Part shown: piece by piece, positions 42,294 through 51,760 of the stretch
Layout of the letters: each line of letters begins with the position of its first letter
Numbering within the stretch: position 1 is the stretch's first letter
NCBI GenBank assembly: GCA_965223295.1
Contig: CBDCWC010000002.1
Location: forward strand, 64,001 to 128,000
Source of the DNA: Nitrospirales bacterium
Lineage (GTDB): Bacteria > Nitrospirota > Nitrospiria > Nitrospirales > UBA8639
DNA: 64,000 bases
Direction: 5' to 3'
Translations under genes and position numbers: made by a program
The notes under the pieces: generated by a model
The model's database searches: none
Told to the model about the DNA's origin: nothing
What the model saw: the letters and a program-made list of their open reading frames with translations, nothing else

Positions 42294-43034
42294 ATGCTTG
42301 ATAGCAGTTTCTCAGTCACGGAAATGAACGCTCAACACGTTCACTCAGAGTTTGGGCAACATTGGGCGTCTGGAGAGGCCTATCCGAAACCAGATAGTTT
42401 GAACGATACGTTCTGGCGATGGGAGTTTCTTCGCCGGCGGACTGATTATCGTCAAGATTGGGAGAAGTATTTTCAGTCAACCTATGAATACGATGTCGCC
42501 TGTGCAAACGATCCGAATTATCCCACCCGATATCAAAAAAAAGTTTTTTCTCCTGACCATCCAGCGTTTAAAGCCCGTATGCCGAACTCCCTAGAAAAAT
42601 ATCACTTGAGTGGGCTTCCAAATCCCACAATTGCGAAACCATGGATGCTGTCATTTGATTCCAACTATGGACGAATGTACTTTGGTCAAGGTCCTGATTG
42701 GTTAGGCGGGGGCGAAGAAGTGAGTTTGTGCCTTTCTGAATGGCGGGTCGCTGCGGTCTTTGATTTGAAAAAACCCCTCTCTCCACAAATAGACAAAGTG
42801 AAGGCAGATCTCTTGGAATGGCAAGAACATCAAGTGGGGCGAAATTTAGAGCGGAGAAAATGCCGGGATGAATGGCCGCTCTATCTCAGAGTGTTAGATG
42901 GCGTTGAAGTTGGTGTGTCGTTTCGGGAAATTGGGCATAGGCTTTTGGATATCAAGGAGGATGACGTGGCGGAGGCTCGCATCGCCCAGTTGTATAAACA
43001 AGCCTGTCAAATTAGTTTGCATTTTCCCGTGTAA
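42294..43034 (+). CDS. DUF6499/DUF2285-like transcriptional regulator (FseA-like)
   Basis: 246 aa; WRWEFLRRRTDY (WEFLRR motif) and C-terminal HTH-like YLRVLDGVEVGVSFREIGHRL. Confidence 0.7.
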   Translation: MLDSSFSVTEMNAQHVHSEFGQHWASGEAYPKPDSLNDTFWRWEFLRRRTDYRQDWEKYFQSTYEYDVACANDPNYPTRYQKKVFSPDHPAFKARMPNSLEKYHLSGLPNPTIAKPWMLSFDSNYGRMYFGQGPDWLGGGEEVSLCLSEWRVAAVFDLKKPLSPQIDKVKADLLEWQEHQVGRNLERRKCRDEWPLYLRVLDGVEVGVSFREIGHRLLDIKEDDVAEARIAQLYKQACQISLHFPV

Positions 43035-43159
43035 AGCGTGGAGGAGAAAAGTTTTCAAAGAGAAAAGACCATGAATAATCGATTGAACAAGAATGGCATA
43101 CGAATATTCACCAATCATGAAGCATGACGGTGTGCGCATCGAACCATTAAGGAATACCT

Positions 43160-45739
43160 ATGAGTAAATTAATTGAGGCTCTCAATCGGTTGCAAACAAT
43201 GAAAGACGACGCTCCTCCTGCCATGGTTGCCGAAACAGATCCCGTTGAGGTTATGGAAACTCCGTCACTTTTCAGTTCTGTTATCCCATCTGAAAGTCCG
43301 AAGAAAGTTTCCGTCAAGAAAACGGTGGAAGCGGATCGGCCATTGTTCAATATGGCTGCGGATGATTGGCTTGGGGTGATCCAGCAAGAGTATCTGAGTA
43401 AATTTGTCAGAGAGGGTGGCGGTGCGGTGAAGGTTGCCGTCTTCCCTGATCACGACTCTTTAAAGAATTGCCGTCAGGAGCTAGATACCTTAGCCAATAA
43501 AGAAGCGTATGTTTTTGTGAAGGTTGATGCCCGGTTTACGAAAATACATATGGTGGAGCGGCTCTTTCACAAAATTGCCAAGCAGATCGATTGGGATGAT
43601 TTAGCCTATCGGTTTCTGCTTCGGTTATTCGAAGAAAATGGATATCAAAAACCTGATAGCCGGAAAGAGTTCTCTTTGCGTCAGATTGCGGCGTTGAATG
43701 AGCGGAAAGAACCCATGTTGCGTCGGGATGTCCAGACGTGGCTAGAAAAATCTATCGAAGGGGACTCCGGGCTTTGTCGTGAGTTTCGGATGGCGATGAT
43801 CCGTCTCTGTATAGCTCAATTAGAAGCTGGTGATTCAGATCGCGTGATGGCTACGGCTGTGAAGCAATGGTTGTGTGGTGATCTTCGTCTCATCTCTGGG
43901 GTCAAGAAAGCTATGATCTATCAAAAGGTGGCGCGGCATAATGCGCGGCATATGTTGACGTCGTTGACTCGGTGGTTGCGGTTGACTGGCATGGGCGGGC
44001 TCATTCTTACTCTGGATATTTCCCGGTATTTTGGTAAACGCCATGAATCTCCAGAAGACGGTTCCTTGAAATTCACACCTTCAGCCACGATGGATTTATT
44101 TGAATTGCTTCGACAATTTTTAGATACGGCTGATGAAATTGAAGGCCTTCTCATGGTGGTGATGGCACCTCAAGAATTTCTCACAGATTCGCGCCGAGGT
44201 GTTGACCGATATGAAGCGTTAAAGTTGAGAGTCTGGGATGATATCCGGCCGAAACATCGCCAGAACCCTTTAGCCTCAATGGTGCGGATTCAAGGTGTGG
44301 AAGAAGGAGCCCTTGCGTCCAGTCCCCTTTCTCCGCCAACCCTTCAAGGGCATGGGACTGTGCCGGATGTCGAGGCTCGGCGAGTGATGGAAGGTCTCCG
44401 GGCAGGGGTGCCCAATCAGAGCGTGGTTGCGGCGTTAGGCTGTTTGCAGCCTGAGATCGAGGGACGGTTCCGTCGGATGCTGGAGGCCACTCAACAAAAC
44501 ATTACGACAGGTCCTTGTCCGCGAGGGATGGTGATTGAGGGTGGATTTGGAAGTGGAAAATCTCATGTCCTAGAGTTTTTGCAACATCTGGCCTTGGATG
44601 CCAATTTTATTTGCAGCCGCGTGGTCATTAGTAAAGAAACGCCGTTCTATCATCCTGTTCGACTGTTTTATTCGGCTATTGAATCGGCCGTTGTTCCGGA
44701 TAAACAGGGGGAGGTGTTTGCGGAAATTGCCAGTGAATGTGATGTGTGGGCGCCTCGCTATAAGGAGCTTGTGGCCTGGGTCAATGATCCTGAGCATCAT
44801 ATTGATACGCGTTTTGCTGCGACCTTGCTTCTCTACGAACGGATGAGTTCGGATTTAGAATTAGGTCACAGAATGGCTCGTTTTTGGACAGGGGATCCGA
44901 TTGGGGTCGGAGAGTTGAAAAAGTATCTGAAAGAGGCTGGTTTTGGAGGGCATTATACGTTTGGTCGCGTATCGGCCGCTGAGCTAGCCCTTCAGCGGTT
45001 CCAGTTCGCATCTCGGTTGATGCAGGCAGCTGGCTATGCCGGATGGATTTTGCTCATTGATGAAGCCGAACTGATCGGGCGGTATTCTGTCAATCAACGA
45101 GCGAAGTCTTACGCGGAAGTGGCTCGCTTAATGAATATGATCGATGGACAAATGCTGCCAGGGCTGGGAACGGTCATTGCCTTAACCAACGATTTTCGAG
45201 AAGAAATTTTAGAGAAAAAAGGCGATAGCGTGAAGTTGTTGGAGAAACTTCGTAACAAACAGACTGAGGCTGATCGGATCCTAGCCGACAAAGCGGAATT
45301 AGGCATGAGCCTTCTTCAATCTCAACGCATTCCGCTAGGACAACCGTCGTTCGAGACGATTCAGGAAGTGTATCAAGTTGTCCGAGGGCTTCATCTTAAG
45401 GGACATGGCTGGCGTATGTGGGAGAATACCTCAGAGGATTCACCCACGATGGTGGCTGGAACGAGAATGCGGAAATACGTGAAAAGTTGGGTCACGGAAT
45501 GGGATTTTTCCCGTCTCTATCCAGGGGAAGCCTGTGAAATTGAAGTGTCACCTTGGAAGCCTTCCTATGATGAACCCGAAGAGGTTTTTGATGAACCAGC
45601 AGAACCTGAAGTCAGTCCTACGATACAAATTTTGGAAGTGCCTGACGTATCGCCTAGCAGTTCTTCAGAAGATGCCGGTGAATGTGAGGCTCCTTCCACT
45701 TCTTCGACCATGGATTCTTTGCCTCCGTCCTCGTCTTAG
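43160..45739 (+). CDS. Fused tandem DUF2791 (BrxD-like) P-loop ATPase
   Basis: 859 aa; domain 1 WLGVIQQEYL..FVREGGGAVKV...YEALKLRV; domain 2 EGLRAGVPN, Walker A GGFGSGKS, Walker B ILLIDEAE; acidic tail. Confidence 0.8.
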   Translation: MSKLIEALNRLQTMKDDAPPAMVAETDPVEVMETPSLFSSVIPSESPKKVSVKKTVEADRPLFNMAADDWLGVIQQEYLSKFVREGGGAVKVAVFPDHDSLKNCRQELDTLANKEAYVFVKVDARFTKIHMVERLFHKIAKQIDWDDLAYRFLLRLFEENGYQKPDSRKEFSLRQIAALNERKEPMLRRDVQTWLEKSIEGDSGLCREFRMAMIRLCIAQLEAGDSDRVMATAVKQWLCGDLRLISGVKKAMIYQKVARHNARHMLTSLTRWLRLTGMGGLILTLDISRYFGKRHESPEDGSLKFTPSATMDLFELLRQFLDTADEIEGLLMVVMAPQEFLTDSRRGVDRYEALKLRVWDDIRPKHRQNPLASMVRIQGVEEGALASSPLSPPTLQGHGTVPDVEARRVMEGLRAGVPNQSVVAALGCLQPEIEGRFRRMLEATQQNITTGPCPRGMVIEGGFGSGKSHVLEFLQHLALDANFICSRVVISKETPFYHPVRLFYSAIESAVVPDKQGEVFAEIASECDVWAPRYKELVAWVNDPEHHIDTRFAATLLLYERMSSDLELGHRMARFWTGDPIGVGELKKYLKEAGFGGHYTFGRVSAAELALQRFQFASRLMQAAGYAGWILLIDEAELIGRYSVNQRAKSYAEVARLMNMIDGQMLPGLGTVIALTNDFREEILEKKGDSVKLLEKLRNKQTEADRILADKAELGMSLLQSQRIPLGQPSFETIQEVYQVVRGLHLKGHGWRMWENTSEDSPTMVAGTRMRKYVKSWVTEWDFSRLYPGEACEIEVSPWKPSYDEPEEVFDEPAEPEVSPTIQILEVPDVSPSSSSEDAGECEAPSTSSTMDSLPPSSS

Positions 45740-45790
45740 CATCCAGCTTGGTGCGAGACACGTTCCCTGTGTTAATCTACAGTCCGAGTG

Positions 45791-45817
45791 AAGGAGCGTT
45801 TGCCAAGAACGCTCTTT
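45791..45817 (+). terminator. Putative intrinsic terminator
   Basis: GAGCGTT-tgccaag-AACGCTC hairpin followed by TTT, about 55 nt after the ATPase stop. Confidence 0.4.
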
Positions 45818-45931
45818 GCAGCCCTATTCTTTGTCACGTCTTTTCCTCTTTATTTTGTTTCTAGGCACTTCATTTTCTCCTGAAACCCGTCTTCATTTGC
45901 CTATTCCCGGATAATCGTTAGGATAGTCTTC

Positions 45932-47227
45932 TTGCTACACAGTTCCTCCTCGCCTGTATCAACCATTTTCCGTATGTGGTGGCCGTTAGCGGGCAGTTGG
46001 CTTCTGATGGGAGTGGAATTGTTGTTAGTCGCGGCCATTGTGTCTCGTTTAGCCAATCCGGAAATTCATTTAGCCGCCTATGGTGGGGTGGTCTTTCCAC
46101 TTTCCCTGTTGATTGAAGCACCCATCATCATGATTTTGGTGGCCTCAACGGCGTTATGTAAAGACTGGCAGGCTTACCGCTTGATGCGAAATTTTATTGT
46201 GACGTTAGGGGCGGGTCTCACGTTCCTTCATATGCTTTTGGCTTTTACCCCTTTGTACGATGTGGTTGTGAAAGTCATTCTAGAGGCTCCACAAAGTATT
46301 TGGGAGCCTGCCAGAATGGGGTTGCAAATGATGACGCTCTGGACCATGGCAATTGCGTTGAGGCGGTTTTTCCAAGGTCTGGTGATTCGGGCGAGCCGGA
46401 CTCGTCTTGTGGGTATTGGGACGATACTTCGCTTGGGCGTTAGTGCATCAGTCTTATTTGCTGGGCTGATGATACAAAACTTTTCAGGCATCTTTGTGGC
46501 AACAGCCGCTCTCTCGGCTGGGGTGCTTGTTGAGGCAGGTTTTATGTTCTGGTGTGTTCATCCGATTGTGCAAAACTTGCGTGATCAGCCTGTGGTGCCC
46601 GAGTGGAAGCCGTTAACGCTTTCTTATTTAATGAAATTTTATTGGCCATTGGCGGTTACTCCGTTAATTGCTTTGGCCACGCTCCCTATCTTAAGCGCAG
46701 CCATCAGTCGTATGCCGCAGGCCTTAGAATCATTAGCGGTATGGCCAGTGATAAGCGGGCTCACCTTCGTGTTCCGAAGTGTGGGGATTGCGGTTCAAGA
46801 GGTGGTGGTGACTTTTTCAGACCGGCCTCAATATTTTCGGCCTCTGCAACACTTTGTGGGGTTGGTGTCTTTGGGTTCTTTCGGATCGTTGTTCTTGATT
46901 GCTGCTACGCCGCTGTCAACGTTTTGGTTTGGAACTGTCGCGGCTCTCAGTCCTGAGCTTGCGGCCATGGCCAATACTGCACTGTGGATAGCGGTGATCT
47001 TGCCAGCCCTAAGTCCCTGGGAAAGTTATTTTCAAGGAAAACTGGTCTATCATGGCGCGACCGTTTCTATTACACAAGCTGTCAGTCTCTATCTCATAGG
47101 AATGGCGCTCCTCTTAAGCCTGGGAATCATATATGGACAAATCCCAGGTTTGTATATAGGACTCACCGCGGTTCTGGTTGGGTTAGGAGTCCAAATAAGC
47201 TGGCTTTGGAAGCATAGTCAAAGATGA
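45932..47227 (+). CDS. MATE/ANKH-like (MOP superfamily) multi-pass transporter
   Basis: 431 aa, about 12 TM, two-fold internal repeat (MWWPLAGS...SRL...LAAYG / FYWPLAVT...SRM...LAVW). Confidence 0.78.
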   Translation: MLHSSSSPVSTIFRMWWPLAGSWLLMGVELLLVAAIVSRLANPEIHLAAYGGVVFPLSLLIEAPIIMILVASTALCKDWQAYRLMRNFIVTLGAGLTFLHMLLAFTPLYDVVVKVILEAPQSIWEPARMGLQMMTLWTMAIALRRFFQGLVIRASRTRLVGIGTILRLGVSASVLFAGLMIQNFSGIFVATAALSAGVLVEAGFMFWCVHPIVQNLRDQPVVPEWKPLTLSYLMKFYWPLAVTPLIALATLPILSAAISRMPQALESLAVWPVISGLTFVFRSVGIAVQEVVVTFSDRPQYFRPLQHFVGLVSLGSFGSLFLIAATPLSTFWFGTVAALSPELAAMANTALWIAVILPALSPWESYFQGKLVYHGATVSITQAVSLYLIGMALLLSLGIIYGQIPGLYIGLTAVLVGLGVQISWLWKHSQR

Positions 47228-47235
47228 TTATATAA

Positions 47236-47273
47236 GGGGTCAGACTCGAATTAAATAATTCGAGTCTGACCCC
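47236..47273. repeat. Perfect REP-like palindrome
   Basis: GGGGTCAGACTCGAATT-aaat-AATTCGAGTCTGACCCC, 17-bp perfect arms, starting just after the transporter stop codon. Confidence 0.85.
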
Positions 47274-47288
47274 CTATTGTTAATATTT

Positions 47289-47380
47289 GAGAGTGTTGTA
47301 TATTGCAACGCACCAGAGGCAAATTTGCCCGTGATGACGTTGGGTGCCAAGCACCGCTGGTGGCTTTTTTCAACAGGCCC
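47289..47380 (+). mobile_element. MITE-like repeat copy 5 (internally deleted)
   Basis: Left module CAGAGGCAAATTTGC as in copy 2, joined directly to the right end GCACCGCTGGTGGCTTTTTTCAACAGGCCC. Confidence 0.7.
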
Positions 47381-47395
47381 TATTTAGATAGAAGG

Positions 47396-47434
47396 TGCAT
47401 GAAAATCCATTCAAAGTGTATGGATTTTCATGCA
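47396..47434. repeat. 15-bp inverted repeat
   Basis: TGCATGAAAATCCAT-N9-ATGGATTTTCATGCA. Confidence 0.75.
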
Positions 47435-47549
47435 TAGTGAATATGTGATGGGACAGAGTTGAATCTTGTAAGTTATTGAATTGTTTATAAAATTTTTTCT
47501 AATTTCTAGGGATATTTATAGGAACATACATTGCTTGTGTTTGGGTACT

Positions 47550-47915
47550 ATGCAGAAAGTATTAGTCATTGAAGATGATGAACTGGTACGAGATTCTGTC
47601 TCGCTTTCTTTGGAATCGGCTGGGTATGAGGTGATGGAGGCATCGAGTAGCCTGGAAGGCCTTCAAAGTCAGAAGCAATTTGGTGCTTCAGTCATCATTT
47701 CTGATGCCTTGTCGTTAGAAAACGAAGAAGGGAAGGCTTTTCAGCAATTTTGCCTACAATCTCCAGGCATTCCTCTTATTACATTAATGGGTTCCATGTC
47801 AGATTCTGATACTTTGCACTCAGACTCTGCAGTGTCTAAGTCTCCACACACGTTGCAGAAACCCTTTACTCTAGATGAGCTTCTCGCCACAGTTGAAAAC
47901 GCCTTAACTCATTAA
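47550..47915 (+). CDS. Single-domain response regulator (receiver), atypical
   Basis: MQKVLVIEDD, IISD, KPF; start reassigned to the ATG at 47550. Confidence 0.8.
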   Translation: MQKVLVIEDDELVRDSVSLSLESAGYEVMEASSSLEGLQSQKQFGASVIISDALSLENEEGKAFQQFCLQSPGIPLITLMGSMSDSDTLHSDSAVSKSPHTLQKPFTLDELLATVENALTH

Positions 47916-48024
47916 GAGCACCGGCAGTTTTCTTTCCTGATCGTTTAGGTCTGTTCTTCCAGTTACCCGAACTCGCAAACATTGTAGACGGTCAGGCTGT
48001 CAAGCCGCCTTTGTTTTCTTAGCG

Positions 48025-48492
48025 TTAGTCGCTAGGTGGTTCGAAATGTCCCGGTGGACGTGAACCCCACGGGACTGTGGTGGCGCGGATTTGTTTAGAC
48101 AAGCTTTGAAGGTTGACATGGGCCGCTCGAATGAGTTTTGGGTCATCGTGATGAATAAGGTTGGTGAGTAAGACAAAAAGATCCGGATAGTCACGTCGGG
48201 CTTGAATCATCCGTTCGAAGATAGGGTCGATGTCATGACCTGTGGGCAATTCGGGTTGGTCGTCATCCAGGTCATTCCATAAACGTTGAATGATCAAGGG
48301 GTGGTAATGAAGCCATGAGATGGGGATCTGCAAATATCTGGCAAGCGTTGCGAGGAGAGAAACTGTCGGATCCATACTCCCATTTTGGATGCCCTGTAAC
48401 GTGCTGAGATCAATAGCCGATTGTTGGGCCAGTTTCGAGAGAGGGAGTTGACGATATTGACACCATGGTTGAAGATACAGTTCTTGAGGCAT
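48025..48492 (-). CDS. XRE-family HTH transcriptional regulator
   Basis: LSKLAQQSAIDLSTLQGIQNGSMDPTVSLLATLARYLQIPISWL. Confidence 0.8.
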   Translation of the reverse strand: MPQELYLQPWCQYRQLPLSKLAQQSAIDLSTLQGIQNGSMDPTVSLLATLARYLQIPISWLHYHPLIIQRLWNDLDDDQPELPTGHDIDPIFERMIQARRDYPDLFVLLTNLIHHDDPKLIRAAHVNLQSLSKQIRATTVPWGSRPPGHFEPPSD

Positions 48493-48666
48493 GCGAGATC
48501 ATAGCCAACCGCTGTATGCAAGTCCACCATATAAAATGTGAAAAATGCAGCGTGGAGGGCGACAATCGAGATAGGCACTAACTCTGCTCCTGAGATGGCT
48601 TGCACTCTGAACGACATGCCATTCACTAATTTGGAATGTGTCAAGGTGGTGAGGTAGAGTCTCTTC

Positions 48667-50442
48667 GTGTCAATCTCTGCACGATATGTGTTGCCAGTAG
48701 TGGTCCTGATGTGGGTGTTACTTCCGCTAGCCATTTCGGCCGAGGTCTTGCCTGAACAGGTGGCTGTGCTCGTAAATATCCAAAATCCTGCCAGTCAAGA
48801 ATTGGCGAACTACTATATGGAGCGTCGACATATTCCGCCTGTTAACCGCGTGGACTTGGATCTCCCTACCTCCAACGCGATTAATCGCGATGCGTACGAC
48901 AAGGATTTGGTTGTGTCTGTGCGAAAAGCATTAAGGAAAAAGGGATTGGCGGATACGATTAGCACATTGGTGAGCGTATTTGGCATACCATTGCGAGTCC
49001 GTGCTCCCAAGCCAACGGAAGAAGAACAAGTCTGGATAGAGGATGCCAGAGGCTGGAGACAGTCGGCTCTGAATCTCCTGCACGAACAGGAACAAGAGGT
49101 ACGAAATTTACAGGCGCGTGTGATGCTAGCTGAGCAGCCTCTTGCCAAATTCATTATTCCGCCACCAGATACAAGTGGGCAGCCAACCACATCCAAAATC
49201 CGCACTTGGAAAAATAGCCTCACGACATTGCTCAAGACCAGCCATGAAGACATTGTTGTAAACGCTCATGCGCAGAACAAAGAGGAGGTCCTTGCCGTAT
49301 ACCGGAAAATTGTTCGACGTATGTTTGGGAAATTTGGCGTGAAGGCGTTTAGTAGAGAGATGTCTGGTTCATCGGTTGATTCTAAGGGTGAAGAAGTTGT
49401 GGCTCAGCAGCGGATAGCAAGGCTCATGCAGCAGCCGTCCTTCAAGACGCGGACTAAAGCCTATGGCCTTGTGCAGCCAGCGTTTGGTCTATGGGGGATT
49501 TTGGCACTCGCCCATTGGGAAATAGAACGATATGGACAGGCTGACGGAAGTGCAAGTGTCGATAGTGAGCTGAGTTTTTTGTGGTGGAATGCTGAAACGT
49601 ATCCTGTTGGGGGACGTCTGCCCAATCCCTTGTACCTGGGGTATGCTGGCCAGGTTGCTGAGTGGCCACTTCCTACTTTAATGGTGAGTCGATTGGATGC
49701 CCCAACTCCTGAACATGTGCGAGGGATGATTGATCAATCCATTGAAACGGAATCACGAGGTCTTTCCGGCAAGGTGTACGTGGATGCACGAGGCATAAAA
49801 AAGGAAGGCGCTCCTTTGTCCACTGGGTTTTACGATTTGGATATGCAGAATTTTGCAACACAATTCCGGAAAGGTTCGAACTATCCTGTGATCTTAGAAA
49901 ATACCGAACAACGTTTGAGTCAACCGGGAGATGCACCAAATGTTGCGCTCTATGTTGGGTGGTATCGGCTGAGGCATTACGAAAATGCTTTTACGTTTAA
50001 TCCGGGTGCAATTGGCTATCATATTGCCTCTGGCGAAGCGGCGAATGTTCATAATCCGCAAGAGTCCGGGTGGTGTAAAAACGCTTTGGAGCGGGGAATT
50101 ACGGTCACACTCGGTCCAGTTGATGAACCCTATTTAGATGCGTTCCCTTTGCCCACGGAATTTTTTGGTCTGTTGTATTCCGGGAAGTACTCTCTTGTCG
50201 AAGCCTATTATCTTTCCACACGGTATCTCAGTTGGAAAATGGTGCTCTTTGGCGATCCCTTGTATCGCCCTTGGCCGCCTTCGGATGTTGGGCGGCAAAA
50301 AGTGGTGCAGACATTATTACAGAAGGCCTCTTTGCCGAATCCTCCTTCTTTGCACATCTTTCCTTCTCCAAACACGGAATATGATTCCAGAAAATTCCCA
50401 GGAAAATATCCTCCATTTGATGTGAGAATGTTGAATCCATAA
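48667..50442 (+). CDS. TIGR03790-family exported protein
   Basis: Signal peptide, VAVLVN...YYMERRHIP, ASVDSELS, MVSRLDAP, YVGWY, GAIGYHIAS, GPVDEPYLDAFP, GDPLYRP. Confidence 0.85.
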   Translation: MSISARYVLPVVVLMWVLLPLAISAEVLPEQVAVLVNIQNPASQELANYYMERRHIPPVNRVDLDLPTSNAINRDAYDKDLVVSVRKALRKKGLADTISTLVSVFGIPLRVRAPKPTEEEQVWIEDARGWRQSALNLLHEQEQEVRNLQARVMLAEQPLAKFIIPPPDTSGQPTTSKIRTWKNSLTTLLKTSHEDIVVNAHAQNKEEVLAVYRKIVRRMFGKFGVKAFSREMSGSSVDSKGEEVVAQQRIARLMQQPSFKTRTKAYGLVQPAFGLWGILALAHWEIERYGQADGSASVDSELSFLWWNAETYPVGGRLPNPLYLGYAGQVAEWPLPTLMVSRLDAPTPEHVRGMIDQSIETESRGLSGKVYVDARGIKKEGAPLSTGFYDLDMQNFATQFRKGSNYPVILENTEQRLSQPGDAPNVALYVGWYRLRHYENAFTFNPGAIGYHIASGEAANVHNPQESGWCKNALERGITVTLGPVDEPYLDAFPLPTEFFGLLYSGKYSLVEAYYLSTRYLSWKMVLFGDPLYRPWPPSDVGRQKVVQTLLQKASLPNPPSLHIFPSPNTEYDSRKFPGKYPPFDVRMLNP

Positions 50443-50507
50443 ATGCTATTCATTATCCATTGATGAGGCTTGCGTACTTGTAAAATTTTACATGAAAGGG
50501 TTGGGGG

Positions 50508-51008
50508 ATGGCTGAATCTTTAACGTCTTCTTCGTATTGTATCTGGCCTAGTCCTGTAGGGCGGCTTTTACTCGTTGGCGATCATGATGGGCTGCGAGGC
50601 CTGCATTTTCAGGATGGCAAACATCCTGTGAAAATAGACAAGTCATGGAAAGAGAACCGAGGTCCTTTTAAGGACGTGATTAAACAATTGGACCAATATT
50701 TTTCTGGGCGGTTGAAAAATTTTACTGTTCCATTGGCTTTAGAGGGGACGAAATTTCAACGTTCTGTGTGGCGAGCGTTGACAACTATTCCCTATGGAGC
50801 CACCGTTTCATATGGGGCCATTGCGAAAAAAATTGGGAACTCCCATGCTTCGCGGGCTGTGGGAGCAGCAAATGGGCAAAATCCGGTTTCCATTATTGTG
50901 CCCTGTCATCGGGTGATTGGTAGTAATGGACGATTAGTGGGGTATGGAGGAGGATTGTCGATTAAAGAAACCTTATTGGATTTGGAAACAAATTTTGTCG
51001 GGAATTAA
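50508..51008 (+). CDS. ogt: Methylated-DNA--protein-cysteine methyltransferase
   Basis: GTKFQRSVW, RAVGAANGQNP, PCHRV active site. Confidence 0.95.
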   Translation: MAESLTSSSYCIWPSPVGRLLLVGDHDGLRGLHFQDGKHPVKIDKSWKENRGPFKDVIKQLDQYFSGRLKNFTVPLALEGTKFQRSVWRALTTIPYGATVSYGAIAKKIGNSHASRAVGAANGQNPVSIIVPCHRVIGSNGRLVGYGGGLSIKETLLDLETNFVGN

Positions 51009-51057
51009 AGGATGACTAGGGAAACAGAAAGTTTCGCCTAGCTTGCTCTGAGACGTT

Positions 51058-51669
51058 CTACGTCCTGGGATATTCTTGTTTTGAAATTGCCCCAAAGTGG
51101 ACTTGAAATGGTGGCTGAGCAACATTGTTTACGTAGCGGTTTAACGTTTCTCTAATCACAGGAAAAGCCAGTTGGTCCCATGGAATAGCTTCAATGGGCA
51201 TCAATTGCACTTCCAGGCTTTCTTCGCCTGGCCCAAAGTTCAAGTCTTGTAAGAGGGCACGATACACCACATACACTTGGCTGACATGTGGCAAGCTAAA
51301 TAGCGCGAATAACGAGTCAATCGTGACATTGGCTTGAGCTTCTTCCAGCGTTTCCCGAGCGGCCGCTTCTTCGATGCTTTCTCCTAATTCCATAAAGCCA
51401 GCTGGAAACGTCCAGAAGCCCAGACGAGGTTCAATTGCCCGTCGGCATAACAGAATCTGATCTTCCCATTCAGGTATGCATCCAGCCACCATTTTCGGAT
51501 TTTGGTAATGAATAGCCTCACAGGAAGGGCAGACCGCACGCAAGAGGGTTTCCCCCTGCGGGATTTTCTGCTCAACTTCTTCTCCACACTGGCTGCAAAA
51601 ATTGATTGGCGGAACCATTGAAGAAGACGTCGTAGATCGAAGGTTAGGCATGGCGCATCTCTTTCTCAT
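51058..51669 (-). CDS. NUDIX hydrolase with N-terminal zinc ribbon
   Basis: FCSQCG, CPSC, Nudix box GFMELGESIEEAAARETLEEA; real start may be the Met at 51619 or 51651. Confidence 0.92.
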   Translation of the reverse strand: MRKRCAMPNLRSTTSSSMVPPINFCSQCGEEVEQKIPQGETLLRAVCPSCEAIHYQNPKMVAGCIPEWEDQILLCRRAIEPRLGFWTFPAGFMELGESIEEAAARETLEEAQANVTIDSLFALFSLPHVSQVYVVYRALLQDLNFGPGEESLEVQLMPIEAIPWDQLAFPVIRETLNRYVNNVAQPPFQVHFGAISKQEYPRT

Positions 51670-51760
51670 ATGATACTCAGAATCCTGCCTATTTCAAATT
51701 GTGCAGTGGCGGCGTCATTTTACGGTGCTTTCGTTGCTTGAAGCTATGCCCTGTCCATTT

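Noticed and set aside
43160-45739. Complete BREX defence system
   Set aside because: No pglZ, pglX, brxC, brxL, brxHI or pglW in the window.
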